Source: a virus (lineage: Duplodnaviria > Heunggongvirae > Uroviricota > Caudoviricetes). From it: 5,466 nucleotides of DNA. Shown here one piece after another: positions 4,180-5,466 of the stretch. Position 1 is the stretch's first letter, and each line of letters begins with the position of its first letter. The translations under genes and the position numbers were made by a program. The notes under the pieces were generated by a model. That model did not search any database and had not been told where the DNA came from. It worked only from the letters and a program-made list of their open reading frames with translations. The stretch lies in the IMG/VR virus record IMGVR_UViG_2675903538_000015, positions 1-5,466 of that record; one strand, written 5' to 3'.

Positions 4180-5466
4180 ATGAGTAACGCATCATACCCG
4201 ACAGGCGTTGAAAACCATGGCGGATCACTCCGCATATGGTTTCACTATAACGGCAAACGTGTCAGAGAAAACCTCGGTGTTCCTGACACCGCCAAAAACC
4301 GGAAGATCGCAGGTGAACTTCGCACTTCCGTTTGTTTTGCAATCAGAATGGGGAGTTTCGACTACGCCGCGCAGTTCCCTAATTCCCCTAACCTGAAACA
4401 CTTTGGCTTGGGGAAAAGAGAGATAACAGTTAAGGCACTTTCGGAAAAATGGCTGGACCTTAAGAAAATAGAGATAGGAAGCAATGCATTCAGTCGGTAT
4501 CAATCCGTAGTGAGAAACATGCTTCCTCGCATAGGGGAAAAACGTCTTGCTTCGTCTGTAACAAAGGAAGATTTACAGTTTATCAGGAAAGATTTGTTAA
4601 CCGGGTATCATAATCTCTCTAATGGAAAAACAACGCCGGTTAAAGGGAGATCGGTAGTTACGGTTAATTACTACATGACGACAATTGCAGGAATGTTTCA
4701 ATTTGCTGCTGATAACGGCTATATCGGGTCAAACCCATTTAACGGGCTGACACCATTAAAGAGATCAAGAACAGAGCCAGATCCGCTCACGCGTGACGAA
4801 TTTATTCGCTTTATTGATGCCTGTCACCATCAACAAACGAAAAACCTGTGGTCCTTAGCAGTATACACAGGCATTCGTCACGGTGAGCTAATAGCTCTCG
4901 CCTGGGAGGATATTGATTTAAAAGCTAAAACAATGACTATCCGTCGTAATTATACAAAACTAGGGGAGTTCACTCTACCAAAAACAGAGGCGGGAACTGA
5001 TCGTGTTATTCATCTTGTTCAACCAGCTGTTGATGCCCTGAAAAGCCAGGCTGAAATGACAAGGTTTGACCAGCAATATCAAATTGATGTCAAACTGCGG
5101 GAGTTCGGACGCAGCACAAGCCATGAATGCACGTTTGTTTTTAATCCGCAACTGGTGAAAAAATGCCAGCACGTCGGCCACCACTATAAAGCAGATTCCA
5201 TCAGAGATTCCTGGGCATCTGCATTAAGGCGAGCAGGACTGCGGCACAGAAAAGCCTATCAGTCTAGGCATACTTATGCCTGCTGGGCATTATCGGCAGG
5301 AGCGAATCCAAGCTTCATAGCAAACCAAATGGGCCATGCAAATGCACAAATGGTATTCAACGTTTACGGCGCATGGATGGAAGATAACAATATCGGGCAA
5401 ATAGAACTACTCAATAAGCAGTTGACAGAGAGTGTCCCATACATGCCCCATAGAGCCAGACTCTGA
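4180..5466 (+). CDS. int: Phage-type tyrosine site-specific integrase (428 aa), complete
   Basis: GGAGG at 4171-4175 upstream of ATG 4180. Box I-like GIRHGELIALAWEDIDL; box II-like AYQSRHTYACWALSAGANPSFIANQMGHANAQMVFNVYGAW, with the predicted nucleophilic Tyr at codon 5365-5367 (TAC). Stop TGA 5464-5466 is the end of the window. Confidence 0.9.
   Translation: MSNASYPTGVENHGGSLRIWFHYNGKRVRENLGVPDTAKNRKIAGELRTSVCFAIRMGSFDYAAQFPNSPNLKHFGLGKREITVKALSEKWLDLKKIEIGSNAFSRYQSVVRNMLPRIGEKRLASSVTKEDLQFIRKDLLTGYHNLSNGKTTPVKGRSVVTVNYYMTTIAGMFQFAADNGYIGSNPFNGLTPLKRSRTEPDPLTRDEFIRFIDACHHQQTKNLWSLAVYTGIRHGELIALAWEDIDLKAKTMTIRRNYTKLGEFTLPKTEAGTDRVIHLVQPAVDALKSQAEMTRFDQQYQIDVKLREFGRSTSHECTFVFNPQLVKKCQHVGHHYKADSIRDSWASALRRAGLRHRKAYQSRHTYACWALSAGANPSFIANQMGHANAQMVFNVYGAWMEDNNIGQIELLNKQLTESVPYMPHRARL

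Noticed and set aside
4208-5184. ORFs 4208..4396 (+), 4225..4503 (-) and 4975..5184 (-) inside the integrase gene
   Set aside because: Embedded in the integrase CDS, whose frame carries the conserved tyrosine-recombinase boxes; no independent signals.
1-5466. CRISPR array, tRNA/rRNA genes, transposase/IS element, retron-like ncRNA
   Set aside because: No regularly spaced direct repeats, no cloverleaf-like structured non-coding stretch and no transposase-like ORF were seen. The window is almost fully occupied by + strand protein-coding sequence; the only repeats are the 17-bp junction repeat and the intragenic duplication reported above.

Overview
The window reads as the distal end of a lambdoid-type prophage early (pL-like) accessory region in an enterobacterial genome. 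Ten to eleven co-directional + strand genes are tightly packed, many with overlapping stop/start codons (ATGA/GTGA), and the array ends in an excisionase-like gene and a complete tyrosine integrase whose stop codon is the last three bases of the window. The attachment site should therefore lie just beyond base 5466. Upstream of xis-int are an ead/Ea22-like protein, a 163-aa protein with GNAT-like features, a 171-aa protein with a PD-(D/E)xK nuclease-like motif, a 347-aa protein with an internal duplication, and several small proteins, including an unannotated 27-aa hydrophobic peptide with a strong Shine-Dalgarno. The most interesting signal is that the GNAT-like gene is bracketed exactly by a 17-bp perfect direct repeat, suggesting a recombinationally exchanged cassette, and is followed by the nuclease-like gene; these are the best candidates for an undescribed accessory (anti-defence or defence) function. 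No rRNA, tRNA, CRISPR array or transposase was seen. All functional calls come from reading motifs in the translations; no database search was run, and family names are recalled rather than verified.
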